DNA of 44,166 nt from a virus (lineage: Duplodnaviria > Caudoviricetes): the IMG/VR virus record IMGVR_UViG_3300042310_000613, positions 1 through 44,166 of that record; one strand, given 5' to 3'. Position 1 is the first letter of the stretch. The number at the start of each line of letters is the position of its first letter. Below, piece after piece: positions 19,349 to 27,660 of this stretch. A program made the position numbers and the translations under genes. The notes beneath the pieces were generated by a model that was not told the origin of the DNA, searched no databases, and saw only the letters and a list, made by a program, of their open reading frames with translations.

Positions 19349-20422
19349 TCTCACTCTATCTCTTATGCTATTTTGGCTGCGTGGACTGCTTATCTAAAAT
19401 TCAAGTATCCGCATGAATTTTTCTTGGCATTGCTTCAGTTGTCTAAATATGAGCCTGATTCACATCAAGAAATTAACAAGATTTCAAAAGAGCTAGTATA
19501 TTTTGATATCAAACTTCTACCTCCTGATCTAGCAAAGTCTGCATTAGATTTTAAGATTGAAGATGGCAATATTCGTTTTGGATTAAATTCTATTAAAGGC
19601 GTTTCTGAAAAGACGTTGCAAGCCCTTCAAAGCTTTAGAGAGACAAACACTCCAACAAAGTTCGATATTTTTATCGCCGCTAAACAAGCTGGTATTAATA
19701 TTGGTCTACTTTCTTCTTTGATTCAAGCTGGAACTCTAAGTTCTTATACTCATAGACGATCACGTTTAGTTCTTGAAGCTCAAACTTTCAATATCTTAAC
19801 TGATAAAGAAAAGAAATTCGCTTGCAGTGTTGGGCCTAAATATGATTACGATATTTTAACTATTGTAAGTGAATGCGCTTTTAAAGCACAATCTCTTAAC
19901 GAGAGCGGTAAACCATTCATGAATGAAAAGCGTAAAATAACATTCAGAAAAAAATACGATGAGTATAAAAAGATCTACGAGCAAAACAAGAATCATGAGA
20001 AGTTTGCTAATTGGGTCTTTGAAAATAGGCTCTTAGGTTATACTCCAACTATTCGACTAAAGACTATTTTTCAGCAATCTGAGTGTACGTTTACAGATAC
20101 AATGGAATTTCAATCTGCTTTTAAAGAAGACAGAGTAAAGATGGTTGGAGTTATAGATGAAACGTATCGTGGAAAAACTAAAAAATCTAACTCGACTTTT
20201 TATCGTTTTCAACTTAAAGATGAAGTCGGCAGTGTAAGCGCAATGTTTCTTGATGGCGGCAAACATCAAAGACTTACTGAATATTTAGAAGACGGTCTTA
20301 AAATACCTGATAAAGACGATATTGTAGTTTTTACTGGAAGAAAAGGGGAAGATGTATTGTGGATAGAAAATATTGCTATTCTAAATGACAAAATTTATAT
20401 GAAATTATCTGATGTTCAATAA
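19235..20422 (+). CDS. dnaE: Split-intein C-fragment fused to DNA polymerase III alpha C-terminal half (HhH, OB fold)
   Basis: ...HNFYAEGLVSSN|SHSISYA...AYLK..YP.EF, LLPPD, IRFGLNSIKGV, then an OB-fold-like end. Confidence 0.95.
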   Translation: MRTQKIISIKPLGLKNTLDLEVNHSDHNFYAEGLVSSNSHSISYAILAAWTAYLKFKYPHEFFLALLQLSKYEPDSHQEINKISKELVYFDIKLLPPDLAKSALDFKIEDGNIRFGLNSIKGVSEKTLQALQSFRETNTPTKFDIFIAAKQAGINIGLLSSLIQAGTLSSYTHRRSRLVLEAQTFNILTDKEKKFACSVGPKYDYDILTIVSECAFKAQSLNESGKPFMNEKRKITFRKKYDEYKKIYEQNKNHEKFANWVFENRLLGYTPTIRLKTIFQQSECTFTDTMEFQSAFKEDRVKMVGVIDETYRGKTKKSNSTFYRFQLKDEVGSVSAMFLDGGKHQRLTEYLEDGLKIPDKDDIVVFTGRKGEDVLWIENIAILNDKIYMKLSDVQ

Positions 20423-20425
20423 TGT

Positions 20426-20453
20426 TTGAATTATTTATGTTATTTATTACAAT
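20426..20453 (+). promoter_or_regulatory. Sigma70-like promoter
   Basis: TTGAAT-N16-TACAAT upstream of the HNH gene. Confidence 0.45.
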
Positions 20454-20471
20454 ATCATAAACAACAACGGC

Positions 20472-21125
20472 ATGAAATTAAATCACGATCAAATAATAAA
20501 TGAATACAAAAGTAAAAATTTTACTTTAGTTGATTTAGCTAATAAACATGAAGTTGATTATAGACGAATAAGAACGATTTTAGTAAAAAATAATATTGAA
20601 ATCATAAATGGAAATAAAATAAAGCCAGTTTCAGAAGAAAGAAAATTAAAAATGAGCAAAATTAAAAAAGAAATGTTTGCTTCTGGTAAATTAAAAATTT
20701 GGTGCAAAGGTAAAAAAAGAAACAAAATCGATTTGTATAAAAACATGAAAGCTCATTTAAAGTATGAAATTGAATTAGAATGGTTAATGAAATACGAAGA
20801 TATTGAAAAACTAAAATTTTTAAATAAAAGCTTAACGAGAGAACGAAATAAAATAGGCTTCAACACTGAAATTTATAAAAAATTTATTGAAAAATTTTAT
20901 TTTGACGATCAATTTAATATACTGTATGCTAAATGGTTACTAAATAAAACAGATGTATGGTTAAAACCTTCTTTAGATCATATAAAACCAAAATCAAAAG
21001 GAGGTTCTCTGACAGATTTAAACAATCTTCAATTTTTGACTTGGCTTGAGAACAAATGTAAGTCTAATATAGAACAAATCAATTGGACACAGATTAAATC
21101 AAATATTAATAAATATTTTGTATGA
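20472..21125 (+). CDS. HNH endonuclease with N-terminal HTH-like region
   Basis: PSLDHIKPKSKGG....NNLQFLTWLENKCK; very AT-rich. Confidence 0.8.
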   Translation: MKLNHDQIINEYKSKNFTLVDLANKHEVDYRRIRTILVKNNIEIINGNKIKPVSEERKLKMSKIKKEMFASGKLKIWCKGKKRNKIDLYKNMKAHLKYEIELEWLMKYEDIEKLKFLNKSLTRERNKIGFNTEIYKKFIEKFYFDDQFNILYAKWLLNKTDVWLKPSLDHIKPKSKGGSLTDLNNLQFLTWLENKCKSNIEQINWTQIKSNINKYFV

Positions 21126-23527
21126 AAAATTTAAATTTAACACCAAGAGCGCAAAAGCTAATCAAAGAAGCTTATAAAATAGCTGTAGATCTCAAGCATA
21201 CAGAGATCACGCATCTTCATTTATTTATAAGTTTTTTGAATCTTAAGCAAAGTCAGATAGAAGAAGCATTCGGAAATTTTGGCATAGATTCTTTAAAGAT
21301 AAAGAACAGTGCCATAGCATTTCTAAAAGCTAATGTTCCAGCACAAAAGAAAGCTACGTTAAAGCCTTTATTATCTGAAGGCATAACTAATGTTTTTAAA
21401 TGCGCCAAAACTATATCTTCTAAATTCGATCATAAATACATCGGATTAGAACATGTATTTTTAAGTTTATTTGAAGTTCCTAATCAAACTTTTGAACTTT
21501 ACTTGATTGATTATAATTATGATTTTGTTAAAGTCGTGGACTATGTTGAGCAAAAGCTAGAAGATGATGATATGTTACCAAGCGTTGATGAGGAAATAAA
21601 TACTCCTAATCAAGCGAAACAAACTTTTGATATAAAGAAGTATAAGGTTTTAAACACTTATGCCAATAATCTTAATATACAAGTTGTTAATGGTAAAATA
21701 AATAATCTACATCTTAATAAAGAACTGATTCAAAAGATCTCAGAAGTTCTTTGTCGCAAGAATAAGAATAATCCACTTATTGTAGGCGAAGCTGGTGTTG
21801 GTAAAACAGCTTTAGTCGAATCTTTAGCTCAAGCAATCGTTAAAGGTGAAGCATCTGACCTGCTTAGTTTAAAGCAAATCTATAGTTTGGATATTCCAAT
21901 GATGATTGCTGGATGCAAATTCCGTGGTGAATTTGAAGAGAAGATTAAAAATCTTCTAAAAGAAATCACAGATGATCCATATATTGTTCTATTTATAGAT
22001 GAGATTCATACAATCATTGGTGCTGGCAATCCAGAAAATGGAAACGATGTTGCCAATATTCTAAAGCCTTATTTAGCTAGAGGGGAAATTAGCTGCATTG
22101 GCGCTACCACTTTCGACGAATACAAGAAGACTATATCTGATGATCCAGCTTTATCTAGGCGTTTTCAGATTATTAAAATTGAAGAACCCACTAAAGAACA
22201 AACTTTTAATCTAATTAAGAATATCAAAGGTGGATATGAGAATTTTCATGTCATAGATTTCTCTGATGATGTTATTCATTTTATTATTAATAGTGCTGAA
22301 AAGTATATTGAAGGAAGATTTCCTGACAAAGCTTTAGACATTATTGATCAAGTAGGAGCTAAAGTTAAATTAAAGAACTTTGTAAAGTCTCCTGAAATGC
22401 TTAAGATAGAAAAGAAGCTCAGTAAATTTGTAGATTCTAATAAGCAAACAATAGAGAAGAAAAAGATTTCTTCTTTAGAAGAGCTATTGATTGAGTATGA
22501 AGAGTCTACAAAAAAAATGATTACTAATTGGCGTAATAATAAATATCAAGTTACAAACGCCGATATCTTAGAAGTCGTTTCTGATAAGACTAATATTCCA
22601 GTCGATGATTTAAAATTACAAGATTTTGATAAAGTAAAACTTCTTAAAATTAAGTTAAAAGAACAAGTTTTTGGTCAAGATAATCAAATTGAACATATAT
22701 ATAAATCTTTAATCAGAGCGAAAGCTGGTTTCCGCAATCCAAATAAACCCATTTGTTCAATGCTTTATGCTGGACCAACGGGTGTTGGCAAGACAATGAC
22801 TGCAAAGATAATTGCTGAAACATTATTCATTAATAAGAATAATTTTATAACAATTGATATGTCTGAATACACAGACAAGACCGCCGTAAATAAACTAGTT
22901 GGATCTAGTCCCGGTTATATTGGATTTGATAAAGGTGGAGTATTAACTGAAAAGGTAAGAAAGAATCCATATTCTTTAATTCTTTTCGATGAAATTCAAA
23001 AGGCTGATCAAGATGTTTTGTACTCTTTGTTGCAAATCCTTGAAGAAGGAAAGATAACAGACTCTTCTGGAAAGATGGTTGATTTTTCTAATACCATGAT
23101 TGTTATGACAACAAATATTGGTGCTGAAGTCGTCAATCATTCTGCTATAGGATTTGGAAAGCAGAAAGCTGGTAAATCTGATGTGCTTTCTTCTATTAAG
23201 AAACATTTTCCACCTGATCTATTGAATCGCATTGATGAAGTAGTTATTTTTGACGCTCTTGAGCAAGAACAAATTAAACTAATCATTGATAAAGAATTAC
23301 AATTATTTAAAACAGATCTATTAGAGAGAAATGTTAATATAAAATACTCTCCAGAAATAACGAATTTTATTTTTGATAAAATACAATTTAATAACTTTGG
23401 CGCACGACAAGTTATCAAAACTATTCAGCGAGAGCTACAAACACAAGTTGCAGAAAAAATGCTTGATTCTGATAAAAAATTAAATTTGGAAATTTCTGTT
23501 AAGGATAACAATATTTGTGTAATTTAA
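21122..23527 (+). CDS. ClpA/ClpC-type AAA+ chaperone/unfoldase
   Basis: Clp N-domain repeats, KNNP, GEAGVGKT, FIDEIH, GATT, GRFPDKALD, GPTGVGKT, IDMSEY, PGYIG and an IGF loop. Confidence 0.93.
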   Translation: MKNLNLTPRAQKLIKEAYKIAVDLKHTEITHLHLFISFLNLKQSQIEEAFGNFGIDSLKIKNSAIAFLKANVPAQKKATLKPLLSEGITNVFKCAKTISSKFDHKYIGLEHVFLSLFEVPNQTFELYLIDYNYDFVKVVDYVEQKLEDDDMLPSVDEEINTPNQAKQTFDIKKYKVLNTYANNLNIQVVNGKINNLHLNKELIQKISEVLCRKNKNNPLIVGEAGVGKTALVESLAQAIVKGEASDLLSLKQIYSLDIPMMIAGCKFRGEFEEKIKNLLKEITDDPYIVLFIDEIHTIIGAGNPENGNDVANILKPYLARGEISCIGATTFDEYKKTISDDPALSRRFQIIKIEEPTKEQTFNLIKNIKGGYENFHVIDFSDDVIHFIINSAEKYIEGRFPDKALDIIDQVGAKVKLKNFVKSPEMLKIEKKLSKFVDSNKQTIEKKKISSLEELLIEYEESTKKMITNWRNNKYQVTNADILEVVSDKTNIPVDDLKLQDFDKVKLLKIKLKEQVFGQDNQIEHIYKSLIRAKAGFRNPNKPICSMLYAGPTGVGKTMTAKIIAETLFINKNNFITIDMSEYTDKTAVNKLVGSSPGYIGFDKGGVLTEKVRKNPYSLILFDEIQKADQDVLYSLLQILEEGKITDSSGKMVDFSNTMIVMTTNIGAEVVNHSAIGFGKQKAGKSDVLSSIKKHFPPDLLNRIDEVVIFDALEQEQIKLIIDKELQLFKTDLLERNVNIKYSPEITNFIFDKIQFNNFGARQVIKTIQRELQTQVAEKMLDSDKKLNLEISVKDNNICVI
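23517..23522 (+). promoter_or_regulatory. GTGTAA motif
   Basis: Begins 16 nt before ATG 23533. Confidence 0.45.
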
Positions 23528-23532
23528 TTTAT

Positions 23533-23736
23533 ATGCCAATGATAAAACCCAAAAAAAATGAAACCGAACAAGAGTTCGTCAGCAGATGTGCTGGCGACGA
23601 GATGATGAACAATGAATTTAAAGATCAAAAACAAAGACTAGCTGTTTGTTATTCTCAATATAAGATTCGTCACAAAGCCAATGGCGAAACTAGTTGGGAT
23701 GATGTTCGCAAAGGCGACAGTTTAAACATTCTATAA
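23533..23736 (+). CDS. Small phage-type hypothetical protein
   Basis: KP..NE..EFVSRC..D..M..EF.D..QR.AVC pattern; start placed at ATG 23533. Confidence 0.7.
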   Translation: MPMIKPKKNETEQEFVSRCAGDEMMNNEFKDQKQRLAVCYSQYKIRHKANGETSWDDVRKGDSLNIL

Positions 23737-23739
23737 TAT

Positions 23740-24888
23740 ATGAACGATCATAATCCTATTTACGGTGTAAATCCAAATCCTCAAGTATCAAACGATACGT
23801 TTGATTTTGCGATGCCAGATATTCCTGAGCCTCCTCACTCAGAAAAACCAGAACCAAAGGACAAAGATGCAGTTGGTTTTAAATTTGGCTTTATTGGTGC
23901 TGGTCAAGGTGGCGGCAAACTAGCTGAAACTTTCTCTCAGATTGGTTACGCTCGCGTTGGTGTAATTAATACTGCTGATCAAGATCTTGCCACTATCAAC
24001 GTGCCAAACAAGATGAAGTTTGGTGAGCAGCAAGGAGCAGGTAAAAATAGAGAGTTTGCTAAACAAGCTTTCTTAAATAATAAAGAAGATGTAGTCGATT
24101 TTATTAAATCTTCAATTGGTACGGATATTGATCGTATTTTTGTAACAGTTGGTGCTGGTGGTGGAACTGGTGCTGGTGTTTGCTCCGAACTCGTTAAGAC
24201 GGTTAAGGAATATCAAAATACTGTAAAAGCAAGTTCTCCTTATGTTGGTCTAATTCTCGCTCTGCCAAAGCTTTCTGAAGGTAAGAAAGTTAGTCAAAAT
24301 GCTTATGAGACGCTAAAGGAAGCTTGTGAACTAGTAGAGCAAAAGATTGTTTCTCCTCTTATTATTCTTGATAATGAAAGAATTAATACTCTTTACCCAA
24401 AACTTTCTGTAAATAAATTCTGGCAAGTAGCAAATGCTAATATCTGTTCTCTATTCCACTTGTTTAATAATATTATAACAAAGAATAGTCAATATAGCAC
24501 ATTCGATACAAATGATTTTAGAACTGTTCTTGATTCTGGTATTATGGTTTTTGGTGCAGCTAATATTACTAATCATAGCAGTGAAGCCGAAATCAGTAAG
24601 GCAGTACGCGAAAATCTTAAGAGAAATGTTCTTTGCGGCGAACTTGATCTTTCTACTGGTAGCACCGCTGCTGCTGTGGCTATTTGTGACGAAAAGACGT
24701 TAGATGATATTCCTCAAGAATATCTAGACAATGCTTTCAACCAATTAAACAGAACTTTGAAGACTAATAGTACTGTTCATCAAGGTGTTTATAAGGGTGT
24801 TAAACAAGGTCTTTCTATTTTTACTGCAATTGGCGGCATTACAACTCCAACTGGTAAACTAGAAGCTCTTCTAAAAGCTAGTCAATAA
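23740..24888 (+). CDS. Tubulin/FtsZ-superfamily GTPase
   Basis: IGAGQGGG (T1), INTA..D, GAGK, signature GAGGGTGAG, ALP..E, LDNE, T7-like FDTND. Confidence 0.9.
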   Translation: MNDHNPIYGVNPNPQVSNDTFDFAMPDIPEPPHSEKPEPKDKDAVGFKFGFIGAGQGGGKLAETFSQIGYARVGVINTADQDLATINVPNKMKFGEQQGAGKNREFAKQAFLNNKEDVVDFIKSSIGTDIDRIFVTVGAGGGTGAGVCSELVKTVKEYQNTVKASSPYVGLILALPKLSEGKKVSQNAYETLKEACELVEQKIVSPLIILDNERINTLYPKLSVNKFWQVANANICSLFHLFNNIITKNSQYSTFDTNDFRTVLDSGIMVFGAANITNHSSEAEISKAVRENLKRNVLCGELDLSTGSTAAAVAICDEKTLDDIPQEYLDNAFNQLNRTLKTNSTVHQGVYKGVKQGLSIFTAIGGITTPTGKLEALLKASQ

Positions 24889-24894
24889 GTGTAA
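24889..24894 (+). promoter_or_regulatory. GTGTAA motif
   Basis: Begins 14 nt before ATG 24903. Confidence 0.6.
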
Positions 24895-24902
24895 TTAAAT
24901 AT

Positions 24903-25130
24903 ATGGCTAATAATCAAGACATAGAATTTTGTTATTTTAATACTGGCACAACTATTACTCCAACAAGCGATAGAGATATTTATATCGTTTCTGCTTTAGC
25001 TTCATTTAGCGGAGATTTTGGAACTGTTACTGTAGGAGCAAATCAATCTTTGAATCCTGCTTATCCAATTAAAATTTCTAGTCCAGTTGTTAGTGGAAGT
25101 GCTAGAAGTTTATTCTATTATTTCGATTAA
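24903..25130 (+). CDS. Small beta-rich hypothetical protein (possibly virion)
   Basis: 75-aa Ser/Thr/Gly-rich ORF. Confidence 0.65.
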   Translation: MANNQDIEFCYFNTGTTITPTSDRDIYIVSALASFSGDFGTVTVGANQSLNPAYPIKISSPVVSGSARSLFYYFD

Positions 25131-25141
25131 TTTCATTAGAA

Positions 25142-25174
25142 ATATCGCAGGATACTCATAATATCCTGCGATAT
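25142..25174. repeat. Perfect 13-bp inverted repeat abutting a start codon
   Basis: ATATCGCAGGATA-ctcataa-TATCCTGCGATAT, immediately followed by ATG 25175. Confidence 0.9.
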
Positions 25175-25765
25175 ATGAATCTTCAGATCTATAAGCCAAA
25201 CCCTAAGAATCAGGGTTGCGCCATCAGTTTCCAAATCTCACAAAAGCCAAGCAGTGAGCCACAGTTTTATGTAAACTGTATTGCTCAACACTCTTGGAAT
25301 GATCAGACAAAGACTGGTTCTTTCGCTGAGAGTCGCAACAATCCTTCGAAGACTATTGCTATCAAGTTCAACGAGTTTGAACTTGGAGAAATGATTAATG
25401 CTTTTCAGCAGAAGACTTCTTATTCCGCTTTTCATTCTAGCGAATCAAACAAGACTCAAATCAAGCTCGCTCCCTATGAAAAGACTAAGGGAACTGGTGA
25501 ATATGCTGTTAAGTATACTGCTTTTGGTTTGTCATTTACTCGAAATGGAGCAGATACTTTTAAGGTTCCACTAGAGCCGGGAGAAGCTGTGAGATTGATT
25601 GCTTTTATTAATAAGTTTTATTCTATTCTTGATGATTCGCGAAAGCTACCAGCAAAGACGGAACAAGCTCCAGCAGGAAAGCGAGAAGCCGCTCCTCAAG
25701 AAGTCGCTCCAAAGGTTAAAAAGCCAGAACCGGTTGCTGCCGATTCTGAAGAAATGGATTTCTAA
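25175..25765 (+). CDS. Hypothetical protein, possible ssDNA-binding protein
   Basis: Beta-rich core, Pro/Ala/Lys linker and acidic-aromatic tail DSEEMDF. Confidence 0.5.
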   Translation: MNLQIYKPNPKNQGCAISFQISQKPSSEPQFYVNCIAQHSWNDQTKTGSFAESRNNPSKTIAIKFNEFELGEMINAFQQKTSYSAFHSSESNKTQIKLAPYEKTKGTGEYAVKYTAFGLSFTRNGADTFKVPLEPGEAVRLIAFINKFYSILDDSRKLPAKTEQAPAGKREAAPQEVAPKVKKPEPVAADSEEMDF

Positions 25766-27660
25766 TGCGTAAAAAACGGGTTTTAATTCATAGTAATTTT
25801 TGCAAAATGTTTACTGGTTTCGGTAAGCATAAAAAGAATCTATTATCTTATCTATATAAGACCGGCAAATACGATATTATTGAATTAAGTAATGGATATA
25901 CTTGGGAATCTGAACAATTAAAATTTGTTCCTTGGAGATCTTATGGTACTTTACCAGACGATCCAGAGATTCATAAGGAAATTGCTATTGATGAAAGGCG
26001 TAAAAATGCTGCTGGTTATGGCGCAGAAATGATTGATCATGCAGTAAAAGAGTTAAAACCCGATATTTATTTAGGCATTGAAGACGTTTGGGCATTTAAC
26101 GGTTTCCAAGACAAAGAGTGGTGGAATAAAGTTCATTGCATTATTCACACCACTTTAGATAGTTTACCAATTCTTCCTGACGCTGTTTCAATAGCTCCTA
26201 AAATAAATCATTATTTTGTATGGGCATCTTTTGCTGAAAAAGCGATGCATAAACTTGGACACACTCATGTAAAAACAGTACATGGCACATTGGATACAGA
26301 TTCTTTTTATAGACTTAGCGATGAAGATAGAAAAAAGATTCGTGCGCGTTTCAAGTTAGATCAAGAATTTATTATTGGTTTCGTATTTAGAAATCAATTA
26401 CGAAAGTCGGTTCCTAATTTACTTGATGGATTTAAGTTATTTCAAACTGCGAATCCAAATTCAAATGCCAAACTTCTTCTGCATACTTATTGGAATGAAG
26501 GGTGGGATATTCTTAAGTTATTGAAGGAGAAAGAAATTGATCCAAAAAATATATTAACAACTTATGTTTGTAAAAACTGTAATGGATATCACGTTAAACC
26601 ATTTGCAGCACACATTATAAATTGCGATTATTGTCGCGCACAAAATAGTTGCGAAACAACTAATGTAAAAACTGGAGTAAATGAACAACAATTGAATGAA
26701 ATATATAATCTTATGGATGTATATTGTCATCCATTTACTTCTGGTGGGCAAGAAATACCTATTCAAGAAGCAAAGCTTACTGAATTGATAACACTTGTTA
26801 CTAATTATAGTTGTGGTGAAGATTGTTCTACTGAAGAGAGTGGCGGCTTTCCTCTTGAATGGGCTGAATACAGAGAGCCGGGAACGCAATTTATTAAAGC
26901 ATCTACTTTGCCAACAAGTATTTTTTCTTATTTGCAGTATGTATATAATTTATCTTCAGAAACTAGAAAACTATTAGGTAAAAAAGCTAGACAATTCGTA
27001 ATAGATAATTATAGTATTGAAGTTGTTGGTAAATATTTCGAAGATTTATTTGACAGTCTCCCAGAAGTTGAATATCAATTTGAAAATAAAAAAATTAAAT
27101 GCAATCCATTTTGCGATATCGACGAAAATCAAAAAGATAAAGAATGGGTTGAGTCTTTATATAATAATATTTTAATGCGCAAAGATCCTGCTGGAGTAGC
27201 TCATTGGGTGCAAAGATTAAATTCCGATCTAAAAAGAACAGATGTTTTAAATTATTTTAGAAAAACTGCATTGAATGAAAATCAAAACGCATTTCTATCT
27301 GAAATGCTTGAATCTCTTAACAATAATAAAAATACTAAAAAAATAGCTTTTATCCAACCAGAAGGTGCTGAAGAAGTAATTATAGCCACATCGTTAATAC
27401 CATCAATTAAAAAATTATATCCAGAACACGATATTTATTTTTTCACTAAATCAGAGTACTTTGATATTATAAATTCTCATCCAGATGTTAAGAAAGTTCT
27501 TAATCACTTCGATAAAATGAATGATCCTTTATTTTTTGAAGGCAAAGGATCTGGTACTAAATATTTTGATATAGTTTATGCCCCTTATTTGTCAATAAAT
27601 AACAATTATTTTAGAAACGGCGAAGATAAGCTACAATATAACGTTTATGAATCTAACTGA
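25765..27660 (+). CDS. GT-B glycosyltransferase (GT4-like) with C-terminal GT9-like segment
   Basis: TGFG, RNQLRK, LNEIYNLMDV, GGQEIPIQEA; the C-terminus has LIPSIKKLYP..I.F...I...HP.V. Confidence 0.8.
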   Translation: MRKKRVLIHSNFCKMFTGFGKHKKNLLSYLYKTGKYDIIELSNGYTWESEQLKFVPWRSYGTLPDDPEIHKEIAIDERRKNAAGYGAEMIDHAVKELKPDIYLGIEDVWAFNGFQDKEWWNKVHCIIHTTLDSLPILPDAVSIAPKINHYFVWASFAEKAMHKLGHTHVKTVHGTLDTDSFYRLSDEDRKKIRARFKLDQEFIIGFVFRNQLRKSVPNLLDGFKLFQTANPNSNAKLLLHTYWNEGWDILKLLKEKEIDPKNILTTYVCKNCNGYHVKPFAAHIINCDYCRAQNSCETTNVKTGVNEQQLNEIYNLMDVYCHPFTSGGQEIPIQEAKLTELITLVTNYSCGEDCSTEESGGFPLEWAEYREPGTQFIKASTLPTSIFSYLQYVYNLSSETRKLLGKKARQFVIDNYSIEVVGKYFEDLFDSLPEVEYQFENKKIKCNPFCDIDENQKDKEWVESLYNNILMRKDPAGVAHWVQRLNSDLKRTDVLNYFRKTALNENQNAFLSEMLESLNNNKNTKKIAFIQPEGAEEVIIATSLIPSIKKLYPEHDIYFFTKSEYFDIINSHPDVKKVLNHFDKMNDPLFFEGKGSGTKYFDIVYAPYLSINNNYFRNGEDKLQYNVYESN

